A stretch of DNA of 64,000 nt from the NCBI GenBank assembly GCA_907165135.1, contig OU015570.1, forward strand, positions 186,001 through 250,000. The letters run 5' to 3'. Positions 61,826 through 64,000 of the stretch are shown here, in pieces. Each line of letters starts with the position of its first letter. Positions within the stretch are counted from its first letter, which is position 1. The notes below the pieces were generated by a model. That model was given only the letters and a program-made list of their open reading frames with translations. It was not told the origin of the DNA and did not search any database. The position numbers were made by a program, and so were the translations under genes. Source of the DNA: Oikopleura dioica (Eukaryota; Animalia; Chordata).

Positions 61826-63100
61826 ATGGGGGACGAGCTTTACTATAAAAAGCTGGTTGACCTCACTGCCAAGGAACTTATGCTTGTTTATGACAAGAAC
61901 CCAAATCGAAAATACCCTTTAGCAATCCAAAGATTTGACAAGTCAGGATGTGTTCTGAATATGCTCAATATTCAGCCAAACTTGTTCGATGATTTGGACA
62001 AAAAGTACTTTTTTCGAAAGACAAACCAAGGCCTTGAGTTCGACCCCGCATTTGACGTTACTAACATCCAGGAAGCTGCCCAAAAGACTGCTCGAGCTGA
62101 CCATAAGATTGATGTCGATAAAATAAATGAGATCATTGTTATGGACAACCTTGCCACAATTCTTGACCGAATTGACGAGTCTGAAAAACAAGAGGAGACC
62201 AAGTACCGGCCACCACCCTCTGACTCTAAGCCATCTGGATCAACTCCACGAAATGGAAATGCTCAGCCCCGAGGAAGTGCTCAGCCGAAAAAGGAACCAA
62301 CTAACGATCGCTCAAAATGATTTGGACAAGTGAAGATGAAGACCCCGAAATTTGACGCTCAACTTCCAGTTGAAAATTTTATTTCGAACCTGGAGCTCTA
62401 CGGAAATTGCTCGAAGATTTGCGACGAAGATCTTATCAGTGTTGCCCTGTCCCAAATCCTGATGGAGGAAAGTGGAACTTCTCTCGTCGAAGCAATCACT
62501 GGAGAAGAAAAACAAAACTGGAACAGCTTCAAGGGTAAGCTGGTTCAAGTTCTGGGAAAAGACAAAGAGCACTACAAGCACATGTATACATCGTTCCAAC
62601 GAGGTCAGGAGACACAGCAAATGGCAGTCACAAAACTTCAAGCCTTCTTCAAGAAAGGATACGGAAAGCTCAATCTTGATGCTGCAGATGAATCAATTAT
62701 CTGTGACCGATTTATCGAATGCCAAGAGCCAAGACTCGCTGAACTGCTCCGACGTGAAAAATCCTTGCTGACACTCCGAAATATCGCTCAACGTGCCATG
62801 GAACTGGAGAGAAGCTTCTTCAAACGAGAAAATATCTTCGTCGCGTAAAGCACTTCAAATGCGAAGGAATCTGAAATGGCCCAAATCTGCTCTCAACTGA
62901 AGGAAATTATCTTTGCTGCGAAGGAGGCAGCAAAGGAAAAGAAGAAAAAGGGAAGATCGAGAATCCCCATCAACAAGCTCCAAGGACACTGCATTTCATA
63001 CGTCCGAAATAACCGATGCCGATTTGGCGAAAAGTGCAAATACCTTCATGCGGAAGACGTACCAAAGGAAGTTGAGGAAATAATCAAAAAGGAGGCATGA
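61826..63100 (+). pseudogene. gag: gag (one frame; stops at 62318 and 62846) ending in a CCCH zinc finger
   Basis: ORFs 61826, 62330 and 62876 share a frame; CISYVRNNRCRFGEKCKYLH. Confidence 0.9.
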
Positions 63101-64000
63101 CTATCAAGAGTCATTGAAACGTGTGAATATGCTCACTTTGCACCGGCCTCGCTCAAATTTGTTAAGATTATGCTCAACGGACTTAAATTTCCCTGCCTTA
63201 TCGATAGTGGCGCAAGTAGAACATGTTTCCGCTCAGATGTTCTAGATCTATTACCGTCAACTATCAACAAACAAATTCCATCTACAATCATGCTCAAGTG
63301 TGCGAACTCAGAAGTCTTCAATGTTAAAATGCTCAGCTCCCCAATTGACGTCAAATTCGAAACAAGCTCTTCGCCACTAAGATTGAAGTTGGATCCGCTC
63401 ATCGTTCAAAATTTATCGTGCCCGATCATTTTGGGAATGGATGCTCTCAAGGGGATAACGATCGGAGAAAAATCAGTCACTTTATGCAATAAGAAAATTC
63501 CAACAATAGATCCGAACTCAACTGATTTGTTCTTAACTGGTCTTATTGAAATCGACAAGAATTCTGGTCGTGAGAAAGAAGATTACGAAGCTTTCTTGAA
63601 GAGGCGATCAGAACAAGCCCAGAAAATCAATTTTGTTCCAGCTATTGGTTCTTATGGTGCAACTGACTCGAGACAAAAAGCTCAACTTGACGAACTGATT
63701 CAAAAATATCGACTCAGCTTCAATATGGACTCCGATGATCTAGGACGTCTATTCGGCTATCGATATTCGCTCCCGCTCTATGACAAAACAAAATCTTCAC
63801 ATCAACCTCCACGGAAAATTGCAATTCACCTACTGCCACAAGTCAGAGAACAAATTTCCACATGGAAAAAGCTCAACGTTATCCAAGAAACGCAATCATC
63901 ATTTAACATTCCTTTGATAATTCTTCGAAAATCTGATTCTTCTATCAGAATCTCACTTGATGCGAGAATGGTGAATGAGTTATTGCAAAAAGATCGCTTT
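63101..64000 (+). CDS. pol: pol 5' part (aspartic protease and RT start), open to the window edge and in frame with gag
   Basis: LIDSGASRTCF..ILGMDAL..FNIPLIILRKSDSSIRISLDAR; no stop in 300 codons (absent from the ORF track). Confidence 0.93.

Larger units (their letters stand above)
61212..64000 (+). mobile_element. Ty3/gypsy LTR retrotransposon, 5' part
   Basis: LTR 61212-61676 (TGTA..TACA with terminal inverted repeat), PBS 61682-61691, then gag and pol. Confidence 0.93.

Noticed and set aside
61826-62320. Separate ORF0 upstream of gag (also 46159-46638)
   Set aside because: It is in frame with the capsid in both elements and the stops fall at different positions, so it is most likely the Gag N-terminus with decay stops.

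Overview
AT-rich eukaryotic (animal) genomic DNA that is almost entirely nested transposable elements. A 43-nt intron, a possible GA-AG donor and env-bearing Ty3/gypsy elements suggest a larvacean tunicate such as Oikopleura; this is inference, not proof. The only recognisable host gene is a soluble adenylyl cyclase (ADCY10-like, + strand), with three small exons (30528-30617, 36752-36922, 49532-~49654) separated by 6-kb and 12.6-kb TE-filled introns. Four LTR elements share a 10-nt primer-binding site, TGGTGACTGA: 18016-23603 (gag-like ORF only), 25294-29174 (deleted), 38834-47239 (full length, decayed) and 61212->64000 (runs off the window). The first three have 4-bp TSDs. The window also holds several gypsy pol fragments, an env remnant with class-I fusion-protein architecture, a pogo transposon whose transposase is split by an intron, three Penelope-like GIY-YIG remnants, five complete or point-mutated hammerhead-ribozyme motifs plus one truncated one, four arrays of a ~55-bp hairpin satellite, and many MITEs (TA, TTAA, 8-bp and 9/10-bp TSDs). 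The best leads are: (i) RT-less GIY-YIG elements bracketed by inverted hammerhead arms; (ii) the paramyxovirus-F-like env; (iii) Gag with a CCCH finger and an in-frame UGA-CUA gag/pol junction; (iv) an integrase with tandem HeH/Rho-N-like motifs; (v) a G4 + palindrome + hairpin-satellite cassette whose hairpin loop is flipped between subfamilies and which is carried inside a DNA transposon together with a ribozyme. All coordinates were read by eye and no database searches were run.
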